Part shown: piece by piece, positions 37,473 to 47,667 of the stretch
Layout: the number at the start of each line of letters is the position of its first letter
How positions within the stretch are numbered: the stretch's first letter is position 1
IMG/VR virus record: IMGVR_UViG_3300038696_000205
Span: 32,001 to 96,000 of that record
Source: a virus
DNA length: 64,000 nucleotides
Strand: one strand, 5' to 3'
Translations under genes and position numbers: made by a program
The notes under the pieces: model-generated
What the model was told of the DNA's origin: nothing
The model's input: only the letters and a program-made list of their open reading frames with translations
The model's database searches: none

Positions 37473-37913
37473 TTACACTATTGTTTTACGGTTAATTTCC
37501 ATGGTTAAATCTTTCTCCCTTAATGAATTTCGTTTATCATAAAGTTTTTTACCCTTACCTAACCCAAGTTTGACCTTAATAAGACCAGTCCTGGTTAGAT
37601 TAATTGATAATGGCACAAGGGTTAAGCCGTCTTGCGCTATTAGTTTACCTATCTTGATGATTTCGGATTTGTTCAATAATAGTTTCCTATCCCTAGATGG
37701 TTCGTGCGACCAGGCGTTTATCAACTTAACTGGAACATGCATACCCTTTAGGAATATTTCGTTGTTTTTAATATAACAGAACGAATCCTTTATGGTGGCC
37801 ATATTCCCCTTAATGGGTTTTATTTCCGAACCTATAAGTTTAATACCCGACACATACTCTTGAAGTATGTCGTATTCAAAATAAGCTATTTTATTTTTTG
37901 TTAGTGTTTTCAT
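37473..37913 (-). CDS. smpB: SsrA-binding protein SmpB
   Basis: NKIAYFEY, GIKLIGSEIK, HEPSRDRKLLLNK and GKGKKLYDKR. Confidence 0.92.
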   Translation of the reverse strand: MKTLTKNKIAYFEYDILQEYVSGIKLIGSEIKPIKGNMATIKDSFCYIKNNEIFLKGMHVPVKLINAWSHEPSRDRKLLLNKSEIIKIGKLIAQDGLTLVPLSINLTRTGLIKVKLGLGKGKKLYDKRNSLREKDLTMEINRKTIV

Positions 37914-37958
37914 ACTGCAAAGATATAAATTTTATATTGTTTCGCCAAATATATTAAC

Positions 37959-38456
37959 TTAAAAATTCATCATTCTTTCCGACACCTTTATGATTTCTTC
38001 ATTATACCAGTTTTCATAAAATCGATTAATTATTTTCTTGTTAATCCATTTAATATCCATTTTATAAAAAACATTGGTGATGTCATCCAAAGACATTACT
38101 TTACCAGATTTATCCCTAATGAGCCAATCCCTAGGACCTAACGAAATAGTTAATTCAGTATTAAAATACCGTTTAATATCGCTAACCGTTGAGTCAAAGC
38201 TTATTTTTATAGTATAGAACTCATGATAATACCAATCATTTATGTGTTTATTGATTAAATCATCTTCATCAATACCAAAAATTAATTGTATTTCATTTAA
38301 AAATTCCTTTATGTAGGTGGATGATTTATACTGGTCCGAAACTATTACCACAGAATCTTCACTTATGGTTTCACCCATTAGTCTAACTTCGGATAACCTT
38401 AAATGGTAATAAGTCTTAATATAATCATCTAAAACAATATTATCAAATGTTTTCAT
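37959..38456 (-). CDS. Hypothetical protein
   Basis: ORF of 165 aa. Confidence 0.6.
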   Translation of the reverse strand: MKTFDNIVLDDYIKTYYHLRLSEVRLMGETISEDSVVIVSDQYKSSTYIKEFLNEIQLIFGIDEDDLINKHINDWYYHEFYTIKISFDSTVSDIKRYFNTELTISLGPRDWLIRDKSGKVMSLDDITNVFYKMDIKWINKKIINRFYENWYNEEIIKVSERMMNF

Positions 38457-38739
38457 TTATTTCTTTTAATAACTCCCTTATTTGTATGCATCTTTCAAAA
38501 TCATTAATCGATGAAAAATATTCCAATGATAAATTTAAAGCATCATTCCAATATTTTGGTGCCATGTTGATTCTAATAGTAGAGTCATTGTTGGTCACTG
38601 AGAACTCCATCACAACCCTATCATGGTCACCACTGATTATAGAATCGATAATAGTATTAACCACAAGAGTATGTACTAGTAATCGTTCATTTACCAAAAA
38701 TTCGGAAACCTCTTCCATGGTTTCAAATGTCTTCTTCAT
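38443..38739 (-). CDS. Hypothetical protein
   Basis: C-terminal FERCIQIRELL resembles a UVR-like helix. Confidence 0.6.
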   Translation of the reverse strand: MKKTFETMEEVSEFLVNERLLVHTLVVNTIIDSIISGDHDRVVMEFSVTNNDSTIRINMAPKYWNDALNLSLEYFSSINDFERCIQIRELLKEINENI

Positions 38740-39109
38740 CGTGATTTGGATTAAATATTATATCCCAATTTTTATTATATATCTCACTTAATGTTTCTGA
38801 TAATTTTTCATCTTTTGAAATCAGATTGTATAAATCCTCAAACATTAGGTAACCAAATTTTAACTCATTTAAATTACCACGACAATACATACCATTTGGG
38901 TCCTGTTGGCAAGCTAATGGTGAACAACACCCAGTCTCGCCACAACTTGTACACATTGGACAGTATACACTTTCATTGTCATCTTTATTTGTGGCTAATG
39001 TCCACACCCTTAATGCCGCCTCAAATTCGTTAAATTCAGATGTGGAAGGTCCTCTTGGGTCGTCTATATTGTAAAAATCTTCAAATAATGGTTTTTTAAT
39101 TTCAGACAT
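38723..39109 (-). CDS. Cys-rich hypothetical protein
   Basis: YCPMCTSCGETGCCSPLAC motif. Confidence 0.65.
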   Translation of the reverse strand: MSEIKKPLFEDFYNIDDPRGPSTSEFNEFEAALRVWTLATNKDDNESVYCPMCTSCGETGCCSPLACQQDPNGMYCRGNLNELKFGYLMFEDLYNLISKDEKLSETLSEIYNKNWDIIFNPNHDEEDI

Positions 39110-39266
39110 AATTTTTAATTTATTTCGGATAATATGTCATTACATTTTGCAACGACATAAAAAGGAATCATTATTAATATTTTAAGAATGGCTATCAACC
39201 AAAAAAATGGTAACAATAGAATAAGTAATATAAACGGATAATCTTTTATATTTTCGGGCATAAAGT

Positions 39267-39539
39267 TTATTTTTTAACTAATATACCTGGGTTTGTTTTT
39301 AAACCTAGAGCTGAATGTAGTTTTTCACTTACATCTTTAATACAAGTATTTGATGGTAGCTCTAGAAAATATAAATAGGTAGCATGTCCATCGGATATTG
39401 TGGCCTCGAAATTAACCTTTGGTTTAAGGGTTTCAATTTTATCTTCAAGAAATTGAGCATATCTAATCATTTCATTTGCAAACTTTAGAGTTTGAAATTC
39501 ATCATTGAAATCGTAATCTTTTTTACTTGGCTTATTCAT
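39267..39539 (-). CDS. Hypothetical protein
   Basis: ORF of 90 aa. Confidence 0.55.
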   Translation of the reverse strand: MNKPSKKDYDFNDEFQTLKFANEMIRYAQFLEDKIETLKPKVNFEATISDGHATYLYFLELPSNTCIKDVSEKLHSALGLKTNPGILVKK

Positions 39540-39556
39540 AACTTTATTTATTTATA

Positions 39557-39862
39557 TTATTCTTCTCTTTCGTAATTACAAATTTTACACGTTTCCTCAT
39601 ATTGAGTGTAGCCACCATCATGGGTTTCAACTTCATCTGTATAGTGATTTACATACGTTGAAATATCGGATACCCAGTAACTAGAATCCTCGAACGCTGA
39701 TTCACCATTTTCATCAATATGGTCACATGAAGCTTCATGTCCTTTTAACTCATTATTTAATTTGTATATCTTTTGTTTAAGTTTAGAAATCTTAGCTTCC
39801 TTTAATCTAATCAACTCCAAATACCTATCTATTTTAAAGTAATACTCTTTTTTATCCGTCAT
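39557..39862 (-). CDS. Hypothetical protein
   Basis: Coiled-coil N-terminus; CDH...CKIC. Confidence 0.55.
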   Translation of the reverse strand: MTDKKEYYFKIDRYLELIRLKEAKISKLKQKIYKLNNELKGHEASCDHIDENGESAFEDSSYWVSDISTYVNHYTDEVETHDGGYTQYEETCKICNYEREE

Positions 39863-39868
39863 GTTATT

Positions 39869-40189
39869 TTAATCCTTTTGATTTTTTAACTTTTTTATTG
39901 GTTTCTTCCAACATTGGACCCATATGTTTAACCAAGCGATTTGGAAATCGACTGCAAAGTAATAACTACTTGATTTGATTTGTGTATTGATTTTTAAGGT
40001 TATCCCAAAATCAAGCCAATCCCAGAAGACTGATGGTTTGATAAAATTATAGAGTTTGTATTCCATATTACAATAGCATTTATTTTTTGTTTTGCCACAA
40101 CATGGCATATTTGGGCAATATTCATTCTCACATTTAGTACTTGTACTAACTCCATTACATAAGGTGCAATGGTAATATTTTTCACTCAT
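39869..40189 (-). CDS. Cys-rich hypothetical protein
   Basis: Seven Cys in the N-terminal 40 aa. Confidence 0.55.
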   Translation of the reverse strand: MSEKYYHCTLCNGVSTSTKCENEYCPNMPCCGKTKNKCYCNMEYKLYNFIKPSVFWDWLDFGITLKINTQIKSSSYYFAVDFQIAWLNIWVQCWKKPIKKLKNQKD

Positions 40190-40261
40190 TATAGGAAAGG
40201 TCTTTAACCGTTAATGGGGGATGCTCCTAAGAACATCCCCCTGATTAACTTTAAAATGTGA

Positions 40262-40768
40262 TTACTTTACTTCAAGTCTAACTCTTCTAGACAAATCAAC
40301 ATTCTTACCATCGGTGGTATCAACCTCACCAACGTAGTCTAATACTATTTGGCTAAGACTAACTCCATTACTTAAAAGCTTTGCAACTACTGCTTCTGCT
40401 CTGTCCTCTGACAACGTTAAGTTGTAATCAACACTTGCTGGAGGTGAAGCATAACCAGTTACATATACTCTGGTATCTTCGGTTAAAGCATCCGTGATTT
40501 TTTGAATTGCCTTACCAGCCTTAGAATTTAACTTTGGCATGTATTCACCCATGAGGGTTTCCTTCCATAACTTTGAATCTACTTCTACACTCTTTTTAAA
40601 CTCTATAGAGGAAAAATCACCAGCGACATGAAAACCTAATGCACGCCATGATTTTATTTTATATTTTTTGGCCATTTCATCTTGGGCACCAAAGGCTAAA
40701 TCAAGCTTTTCAACCACTTCCTTGAATTTTAGACCAGTTTTACTATCTTTTTTTGTTATAAAATACAT
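40262..40768 (-). CDS. Chimeric protein with a C-terminal OmpA-like peptidoglycan-binding domain
   Basis: VTGYAS...YNLTLSEDRAEAV..L...GV...SRRV is the OmpA_C signature. Confidence 0.75.
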   Translation of the reverse strand: MYFITKKDSKTGLKFKEVVEKLDLAFGAQDEMAKKYKIKSWRALGFHVAGDFSSIEFKKSVEVDSKLWKETLMGEYMPKLNSKAGKAIQKITDALTEDTRVYVTGYASPPASVDYNLTLSEDRAEAVVAKLLSNGVSLSQIVLDYVGEVDTTDGKNVDLSRRVRLEVK

Positions 40769-40784
40769 ATTATATTTTTTTAAG

Positions 40785-41033
40785 TTATTTTAAAAATGGA
40801 CTTGTAAATCCACGCAAATCCTTACCACACTCAGGACAAAAGTTATTTAAAAATTCTTTTACCCTTTCCACATGCACATAGTCATGACATTCAGCTTCTA
40901 ACTTTTCCATTTCGTTAACTATCTCCACTATGTTTGTGGTGTCGATGTCATACTGCCAATCCTTATACTCTTCATCCGCATCTTTACTAGTTGCGTTTAA
41001 GTATATTTCCAATTTTTTTAATCTACTGAGCAT
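40785..41033 (-). CDS. Hypothetical protein
   Basis: C-terminal FCPECG. Confidence 0.55.
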   Translation of the reverse strand: MLSRLKKLEIYLNATSKDADEEYKDWQYDIDTTNIVEIVNEMEKLEAECHDYVHVERVKEFLNNFCPECGKDLRGFTSPFLK

Positions 41034-41214
41034 TTAATTATTTCTGTAGTGTTTATTGTAGTAGTCTTCCCCGACTTGTTTTTTTAAATATTCTTCACCA
41101 GACATACCATATAATTCATAATCACTAATTCTCTTACCCCGATACATTGAGATACCCAAAATGATAAAGACTAATAGGATAGTAAATGTGGTTATGAACA
41201 TTGTGAAACTCACG

Positions 41215-41736
41215 TTAATTTATATAATTTTGAATAAATAATTTATACTTTTCGATATCGTTATCGACTTGACCAAATAAGTTTTTACATTTATCCCTAT
41301 ATTTTTCCTGATTACTTTTTAAGTGTAATTCTTGTGTCATGTATCTAGGGTATGTTACCCGATTTAACTTATAATACATAATTGATGCCCACCTATCGGC
41401 AAATATTTCTTCTTCGATTATTCCTTGGAAAAAGTGTTCAAAGTCTGGTCTTGACATTTTATCAAGTATGTTATCTTCACCAAGCTTTTTCATTCTAACG
41501 TAATGACCAATTTCATGTAAGATTATATACATCCTGATTTCATCGGTCAACCTATAGTCGGATTCCAATTTATCAATATCAATATATATTCCGAAGATTG
41601 TTGCTAATCCGAGACCAAAACTTAGCTTGTTTGATTTAACGCTTATGTTTTTTTCTCGGATTATATCCAACACCCCCCTGAAATTATAATTTGTATCGGC
41701 ATCTTTCTCTAAGAGATAGTTCTTAAAATTTTTCAT
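41215..41736 (-). CDS. Putative zinc metallopeptidase
   Basis: HEIGH followed by EEEIFADRWA (HExxH...E). Confidence 0.7.
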   Translation of the reverse strand: MKNFKNYLLEKDADTNYNFRGVLDIIREKNISVKSNKLSFGLGLATIFGIYIDIDKLESDYRLTDEIRMYIILHEIGHYVRMKKLGEDNILDKMSRPDFEHFFQGIIEEEIFADRWASIMYYKLNRVTYPRYMTQELHLKSNQEKYRDKCKNLFGQVDNDIEKYKLFIQNYIN

Positions 41737-41737
41737 A

Positions 41738-42265
41738 TTAAATTATTTTAATAGTTTCACCGATAACATGGTTAATCTGAAATGATTTAATAAAACCATT
41801 CCCGACCATACTTTCGAAATATTGCTTAAAGGTAACAATATGTTCTATCCTATCCTCGAACATGTTTACATGGTCGATAGGTTTGTTCTTACTCAACACA
41901 TCGGCAATCTGCTCTATCTTGTTGGTAAGGGTGTCGCCACCGTAGTTGTATCTATATTCATCAAACACTAATTTATGTTTTTCTAATATAGCTTCAACCT
42001 CCTTATGTAATTTAGTCCGTCTACCAGTAAGCATGATATTGTGAGAGTTTGGTTTTGAGGACAAACTCTTGTATTCTTCAATAACCGCTTCGATTACTGG
42101 TTGTTCGAATACTTCACAATCAAGAGATTCTGGTTTACTCCACCATCCAATATGAGGCCATTTCTTACCAGTTTTTTCAAGCCAGATGGCTTTACCAGTC
42201 TCTGGGATTTGTGTGTCTACCAAGGTAGAATCAAAATCAAAAATATTTAAAACTTTTGCACTCAT
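41738..42265 (-). CDS. HAD-superfamily phosphatase, RNA-repair (Swiss Army Knife) type
   Basis: IFDFDSTL, GWWSKPESL, MLTGR and MFEDR. Confidence 0.75.
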   Translation of the reverse strand: MSAKVLNIFDFDSTLVDTQIPETGKAIWLEKTGKKWPHIGWWSKPESLDCEVFEQPVIEAVIEEYKSLSSKPNSHNIMLTGRRTKLHKEVEAILEKHKLVFDEYRYNYGGDTLTNKIEQIADVLSKNKPIDHVNMFEDRIEHIVTFKQYFESMVGNGFIKSFQINHVIGETIKII

Positions 42266-42283
42266 ATTATTATTGTTTTTTAA

Positions 42284-42664
42284 TTAGAACGGTAAATCAT
42301 CATCTTCGTAAGACCCATCAGTTGAATCCGACATAGCTGGCATTTTAGGTGTTACGTTCGCTTGTGCGGTCTGACCAGCAGCTGCGTTTTGTCCAACTTG
42401 GATTCTCCAACCTTGAAGGGAGTTAAAATATTTAACCTCACCTTGTGGGTTGGTCCATTCTCTACCTCTGATGTTGATGTGGACGATTACATCCTGGCCA
42501 ACTTGGAAATTATTCAATTCTTCAACCTTATCCTGGATGAATTCGATTTGAATTGATTGTGGATATTGTTCCGCTGTTACAATAACCAACTCCCTTTTTC
42601 TAAAATTGTTAGTCCCAATCGTTTGGGTGTCTCCAATTAACTTAATTTTTCCTTGTACTTCCAT
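42284..42664 (-). CDS. DUF3127 family, OB-fold ssDNA-binding-like protein
   Basis: FRKRELV..T.EQYPQ.I.IEF.QDK, INIRGREW, YFNSLQGWRI and acidic tail DDDLPF. Confidence 0.9.
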   Translation of the reverse strand: MEVQGKIKLIGDTQTIGTNNFRKRELVIVTAEQYPQSIQIEFIQDKVEELNNFQVGQDVIVHINIRGREWTNPQGEVKYFNSLQGWRIQVGQNAAAGQTAQANVTPKMPAMSDSTDGSYEDDDLPF

Positions 42665-42716
42665 TTAATTTAAATTTTAATTATTTATTATTTAGGCAAA
42701 TATATTACTTTTTTAT

Positions 42717-42962
42717 TTAAGAATCAACTTCTGATATAATTTTAACAACTACTATTTGCATTGCATCGGAATCCTTTGACCATAGTTTATCCCAAATTTT
42801 ACCTAGGAACCCCTTTTCGGAAACAATGATTACGTATTGATTCATTTCGGTTTGTTGTTCTTTGGATATTTTACCATGCCTGACCATTTCTTTTAAGAAA
42901 ACTTCCTTAAACTGGTTTGCTGATTCCGTTAGTGCTCTAGCACCCATTGTATATGCTACCAT
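42717..42962 (-). CDS. Hypothetical protein
   Basis: ORF of 81 aa. Confidence 0.55.
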   Translation of the reverse strand: MVAYTMGARALTESANQFKEVFLKEMVRHGKISKEQQTEMNQYVIIVSEKGFLGKIWDKLWSKDSDAMQIVVVKIISEVDS

Positions 42963-42973
42963 ATTTCATTCTT

Positions 42974-43339
42974 TTATTTTAACAAAGATAGTAATAATCT
43001 AACACATATGCAAGTTAAAATACCGATAAAATAATATTTTATTTTAATCTTCGTGATTTTATCTCTTTCTACACTAATTAAACTACCATAAATCCGTTTG
43101 GTTGCACTACCCAATAAATTCTTTGTAATTGGGCCGTGAGCATTAATGACCTGTTTGAGTGCACCACTTATACCGTTGGTGTATATTCTTTTGGTTTTCT
43201 TTAATTTCTCAATAGTCTTTAAGTTTACGGTTTCGTACTTATTAACAATGTTGACCATATTATTGATAGTGGGTTCGGGCTTATTCAATTCAAGTTCGAT
43301 TGCATCTTTAAGTTTCTCTTCCCTACTTTTATATCTCAT
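42974..43339 (-). CDS. Hypothetical protein with C-terminal TM segment
   Basis: INAHGPITK motif. Confidence 0.6.
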   Translation of the reverse strand: MRYKSREEKLKDAIELELNKPEPTINNMVNIVNKYETVNLKTIEKLKKTKRIYTNGISGALKQVINAHGPITKNLLGSATKRIYGSLISVERDKITKIKIKYYFIGILTCICVRLLLSLLK

Positions 43340-43356
43340 GTGATAAATTTATTAAT

Positions 43357-43388
43357 AAAAAACCCCATAATTTAATTATGGGGTTTTT
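43357..43388. terminator. Bidirectional terminator
   Basis: AAAAAACCCCATAA-TTTAA-TTATGGGGTTTTT. Confidence 0.8.
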
Positions 43389-43404
43389 AGTTGTTATTTA
43401 AAAT

Positions 43405-46080
43405 TTAGTCGAAGGTGGTATAACAAACCTTACCATATTTATCCCTAGAGAACGTAATGTGTTGTGCTTTACCGTCCTTATGAATCAATACATGTGATTG
43501 TGCCCATGAACTTGGTCCCTCATTGTATCCAACCCTTAACTTAGTTGTAGTTCCAACCGCTATTGCACCATCTTTTCTCCCAGGTGAGTTTCCAGTTAAA
43601 GATACAGTACCATCTTTTGCTGATTGTACCCAAAAACATTGATTATCAACAGATACACAATAAACTTTAGTCTTTGTGGTTTGATATGAATTAAAACCCC
43701 ACCCATTAAACCTAGAATCATGATTCATTTTCTTACTATTTCTAATAAAATTCCTATCACTAGACCAAGTAATTATATTTAATGTTTTATGATTATCATT
43801 TTCATGTTCTCTTTTATTTATTCTATGAGAATACCCTAATCTATTTAAGGCTGATGATACAACATTTGCTTCAACTTTATTTGTTGTAGAATATTGGTTA
43901 CCATTATTACCAGTATCATATGTACCATCCCAATACTTAAGTTCATCAACTAAGACTTCTAATGATTTATTATCCCATTCCAATATTTCAACTGAAATAT
44001 TTTTAACCGATTTTAAATTATATTTATATTCCATTAAAGTTTTATACAAGTCACCTCTAGTTGATATATAACCATCAAAATGTTCTTCAATGTCAGTGTA
44101 TGTAACTAATTCAGAACCAAATAATTCTTTTAGTCGTTCTATTTTCCTGGCTTTTTTTAAATTAAACCTAATTCTATAACCATTTTGTGAACCATCGGCA
44201 GCGATAGAAACTATTTGTCTTATATGTTTTTCTGGAATACTTTTTCCGTAAATTTCTTCTGGTAATGCAGATATAGGTAATTCCGAAGACGACCTAGTAC
44301 ATATTGCCTGACTAGCTGGTATATAATCACCCCCATTCATCATTAACATATGTTTATCAGTAAAGGTTTGTTCAAAACCATTACCCTTTATTTGTAACAT
44401 AACCCCATCATAATCAGTTTCAATAAATTCATTAACTCTATTCCAGACATTTCTGTTAGTATTTGGGTCATAACTTAATATTTCATCACCAACACTAATA
44501 GCTCTTATTTCTTTCCAACCACTATTTTTGGTTTGTACCTTATATTCGGCTGGTAAGCAGTGATAATGTCCTACTATAATCTTGGTATTTAACTTCCTAA
44601 ACTGCACTAGGGAGCCTCTGGAGCCGTTGGCTCCTGAATCCCCATGTTGCCCAAGTTCCCAATCTAAAACCCTATAGCTATCACTCCTATCAAGTGTAAT
44701 GAACTTTGGAAATTTCCTATTGATTAGTTCTGGAATAACACCCATTACTTTTTCTGGTGTTTCACCGTGTTGTTTCAATAGTATTGCGCTATATTCCATA
44801 TAAAGCGGTGAGTTCTTATAGGTCGGTTGTTTCTTCCAGTCACCGTTTTTCAGCCATCTATCCAAGAAATCGTCATGATTACTTCTAACTATGACCACAT
44901 TCTCAAATTTATTGAATGGTTTAAGTCCGACCATTAATTCATCAATCTCCTTACCTAGGTCGTTGGTGTTGTTTATTTCTTTACCGTATTGGATAAACGG
45001 GTCTTTCATTGCGTGATGTGAAATACTATAACCATCGAACACATCATGTAATACCACATGTTTAGGTGTTAACCTTTTCATAAGTTTAAAGGTTTTCTTC
45101 AATACCTTAGGGTCATGATGCCCATAGTGTAAATCGCCCAATATACAAGCCTCTACTTCGGTTATCTTCTTAATTCTTGATTCACCCACCCATTCAAAAG
45201 GTTCGGCACCACAATTTGCCTTTACCCACATAGGTTTGTCCAATGGGTCATCGAATACGATTGGTTGTCTTTTACCCTTGAACTTTACATTATAGTAAAG
45301 GTCGGTGAAATCACCATCATCATCAGCGGTAACTTGTCTTAAATGGAATGTTTTATCATCCTGTATTTCTACAACGACAAAACCTAACATGTGGTGGAAC
45401 TCACCTTTTTTACCAGCTTTTGAATCGGTATAATTACCTTGGGTACAGGCACCAGTGGACAACATCATCTTTGGTTTATTTGACTCCAATACTGAAATCA
45501 TTTCCATTTGCACCTTTGGGTGTCCGAATACGCATGAGTTTATACCAGACATACCTTGTAACCCAGTTAATGGGTTTACAGCCGTTGGTTGTATCTTAAC
45601 ATCAGACATAATGGATACAAACTCGTGTACGTCATGTCTAGCGGCATCCAAGTATTCCTTTATGGAAGGATGCCAAAAATCCTGACCCTTATCTACGAAT
45701 ACGGACGTAGGGTTTCTATATCTACCAGCGATTACATGAAAGTCTGCATTAATTTCAGCCGCATACGCTAACATGTTTTTAATAAAACGTTCTTCGACTG
45801 GTGTGTTGTTCTGTGCCCAGGTAATAATAAATCTAGTTACATTTCTATTATATTGTCTACCCTTGGCTTTGATTAGTTCTGGTGATTCAATTTCATTTTT
45901 TTCGGAAAGTTTTAACTTTTCCGATACCCATTTCCTGATGGTTCTTTCACTTACACCAAACTTTTTGCCGAGATTGAAAGCTCTGGTTTCCCATGGGTCA
46001 CCACTTTTATCATGATAGACACTTTTTATTAAATCAATGTCACCTTCGGTTAATGTTTTAAACTTTTTTTTGTTCTTCAT
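43405..46080 (-). CDS. Large metallophosphoesterase-fold protein (possibly T5 A1-like) with N-terminal HTH and an intein
   Basis: GDLHYG, DVFDG, RSNHD and VGHYH phosphoesterase motifs; N-terminal GVSERTIRKW HTH. Confidence 0.7.
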   Translation of the reverse strand: MKNKKKFKTLTEGDIDLIKSVYHDKSGDPWETRAFNLGKKFGVSERTIRKWVSEKLKLSEKNEIESPELIKAKGRQYNRNVTRFIITWAQNNTPVEERFIKNMLAYAAEINADFHVIAGRYRNPTSVFVDKGQDFWHPSIKEYLDAARHDVHEFVSIMSDVKIQPTAVNPLTGLQGMSGINSCVFGHPKVQMEMISVLESNKPKMMLSTGACTQGNYTDSKAGKKGEFHHMLGFVVVEIQDDKTFHLRQVTADDDGDFTDLYYNVKFKGKRQPIVFDDPLDKPMWVKANCGAEPFEWVGESRIKKITEVEACILGDLHYGHHDPKVLKKTFKLMKRLTPKHVVLHDVFDGYSISHHAMKDPFIQYGKEINNTNDLGKEIDELMVGLKPFNKFENVVIVRSNHDDFLDRWLKNGDWKKQPTYKNSPLYMEYSAILLKQHGETPEKVMGVIPELINRKFPKFITLDRSDSYRVLDWELGQHGDSGANGSRGSLVQFRKLNTKIIVGHYHCLPAEYKVQTKNSGWKEIRAISVGDEILSYDPNTNRNVWNRVNEFIETDYDGVMLQIKGNGFEQTFTDKHMLMMNGGDYIPASQAICTRSSSELPISALPEEIYGKSIPEKHIRQIVSIAADGSQNGYRIRFNLKKARKIERLKELFGSELVTYTDIEEHFDGYISTRGDLYKTLMEYKYNLKSVKNISVEILEWDNKSLEVLVDELKYWDGTYDTGNNGNQYSTTNKVEANVVSSALNRLGYSHRINKREHENDNHKTLNIITWSSDRNFIRNSKKMNHDSRFNGWGFNSYQTTKTKVYCVSVDNQCFWVQSAKDGTVSLTGNSPGRKDGAIAVGTTTKLRVGYNEGPSSWAQSHVLIHKDGKAQHITFSRDKYGKVCYTTFD
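43588..44559 (-). mobile_element. Intein (324 aa) with homing-endonuclease-like core
   Basis: Starts CLPAEYKVQTKNSGWKEI..ISVGDEILSYD; ends CVSVDN...TGN before Ser; central AADGS and LKYWDG blocks. Confidence 0.88.
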
Positions 46081-46130
46081 TCTTTAATTTTTATATTTAG
46101 GGTTAAAGCCCCATCGTTATATTGGACCAG

Positions 46131-46664
46131 TTAAGTAGTTTTTAATAATATTTCCTTAACTTTCTTTTTAGCTTTAAAAAGTGTAGCTTTTGAGGTCCCT
46201 GGGTTCAACCCAAGTTCTTTGGTTATTTCATTGTGTGAATAACCGTCTAACACAAACATGTTAAATATAGTTTTATATTTTGGACTTAATAAGTGAATCG
46301 CATTAAATATTTCACTTAAGGTATATTGACTTTCCAAATCATATTCGGAATCATCTGATTCAAATTTAGATAAGTCCGTATTCTCCGAATACTTAATCTT
46401 CAAGGCCCTTGTTTGGTCAACACAATAATGAATGCATAAACCTTTGACCCAAGCACCTAGTTCGGCAACCGTATCACCTATAAATAAATCTATTTTATCG
46501 AATATTTTTATAAAGCATTCCTGAATATAATCTTTACCAGTAGCTTCGTTCGGTACATATCTCATACACGTATTAAATACGGTTGAATACATCATATTAT
46601 ATAATTCATCCTGTGCCTTACTATCCTTAATAAGACATAATTCTATTGTTTTTCTAAACGCCAT
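46131..46664 (-). CDS. ECF-family sigma-70 factor
   Basis: DYIQECFIKIF region 2; LSPKYKTIFNMFVLDGYSHNEI..LG...GTSKATLFKAK region 4. Confidence 0.9.
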   Translation of the reverse strand: MAFRKTIELCLIKDSKAQDELYNMMYSTVFNTCMRYVPNEATGKDYIQECFIKIFDKIDLFIGDTVAELGAWVKGLCIHYCVDQTRALKIKYSENTDLSKFESDDSEYDLESQYTLSEIFNAIHLLSPKYKTIFNMFVLDGYSHNEITKELGLNPGTSKATLFKAKKKVKEILLKTT

Positions 46665-47662
46665 TATTTTCCAACTTTTAATAATTCAATACTAATACTT
46701 TTACTAATCCCCTTTATAGCTTTGGCTATTTGGTCAGCTATACTGACCTCTGTTACAATTTCATCTATATCGATATATAAGTCACCTAAAACGAATCCCT
46801 CGCCTATCGGTAACGAATCGGTACAGTAGAATTTTTCCAAACCAGAATTAAATAACCTCTCCAACGCTGAACCACTTAACACACCGTGAGTTATAATTGC
46901 ACTAACACTCTTTGCCCCCATTTCCAATAAATGGTCGGCAGCTTTGACCAAAGTACCGCATGTGTCGGCCATATCATCGATAATCATAACGTCCTTATCG
47001 GTAACATCACCTATCAGGACCATCCTGTCAATTTCATTTGCCCTGATTCTAGTCTTATCTATCATAACCATTGGTAGGTCATAATCATATAAGCTGGCAA
47101 CCCTATCTCTAAACCCCTTAACCCTTTTGGTGGCCCCAGCATCTGGACTACATAGAATTAAGTTATGGTTTGTTGCTTCATGATAATCCGCTATGATTTC
47201 ATCGAACATATATTTACCCTCCATGTGTATAACTGGAATATTGAAAAAGCCTTGTGTTTGGTTGGCATGTAAGTCAAATAGGATAACCGATGTTGCCCCT
47301 CTATTTTCTAACATCTCGGCAATTATTTTACCACCTATGGCCCCTCTTGGTTGGTTCCTTTTGTCACTTCTCCCATATGGGTAGTAGGTGATTATTGGTA
47401 TGATTTCCTTGGCACCAGCCCTTTTTGCGGCATCTATCGCTAGGTTCAACATCATAATCTTATCTGAATCGTTAGGTGATGTGACTATGTAAATAGTTCT
47501 ACCTCTAATCGATGTCAGATAGTCAGCCGACATTTCCATATCTGAAAATATTTCCGTATTGATTTCACCCTCTACAAATGCAACTTCTTCTTTCCTTAAT
47601 TCGGAGAATAATTTACTTTTTAAAGTTTTTCTTTTTTCTAAAAAAAATATGATTGGTTCCAT
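46664..47662 (-). CDS. prs: Ribose-phosphate pyrophosphokinase family (Prs- or Adps-like)
   Basis: YYPYGRSDK, FDLHANQ, SPDAGATKR, IIDDMADTCGTL and THGVLSG. Confidence 0.88.
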   Translation of the reverse strand: MEPIIFFLEKRKTLKSKLFSELRKEEVAFVEGEINTEIFSDMEMSADYLTSIRGRTIYIVTSPNDSDKIMMLNLAIDAAKRAGAKEIIPIITYYPYGRSDKRNQPRGAIGGKIIAEMLENRGATSVILFDLHANQTQGFFNIPVIHMEGKYMFDEIIADYHEATNHNLILCSPDAGATKRVKGFRDRVASLYDYDLPMVMIDKTRIRANEIDRMVLIGDVTDKDVMIIDDMADTCGTLVKAADHLLEMGAKSVSAIITHGVLSGSALERLFNSGLEKFYCTDSLPIGEGFVLGDLYIDIDEIVTEVSIADQIAKAIKGISKSISIELLKVGK

Positions 47663-47667
47663 GTGGT

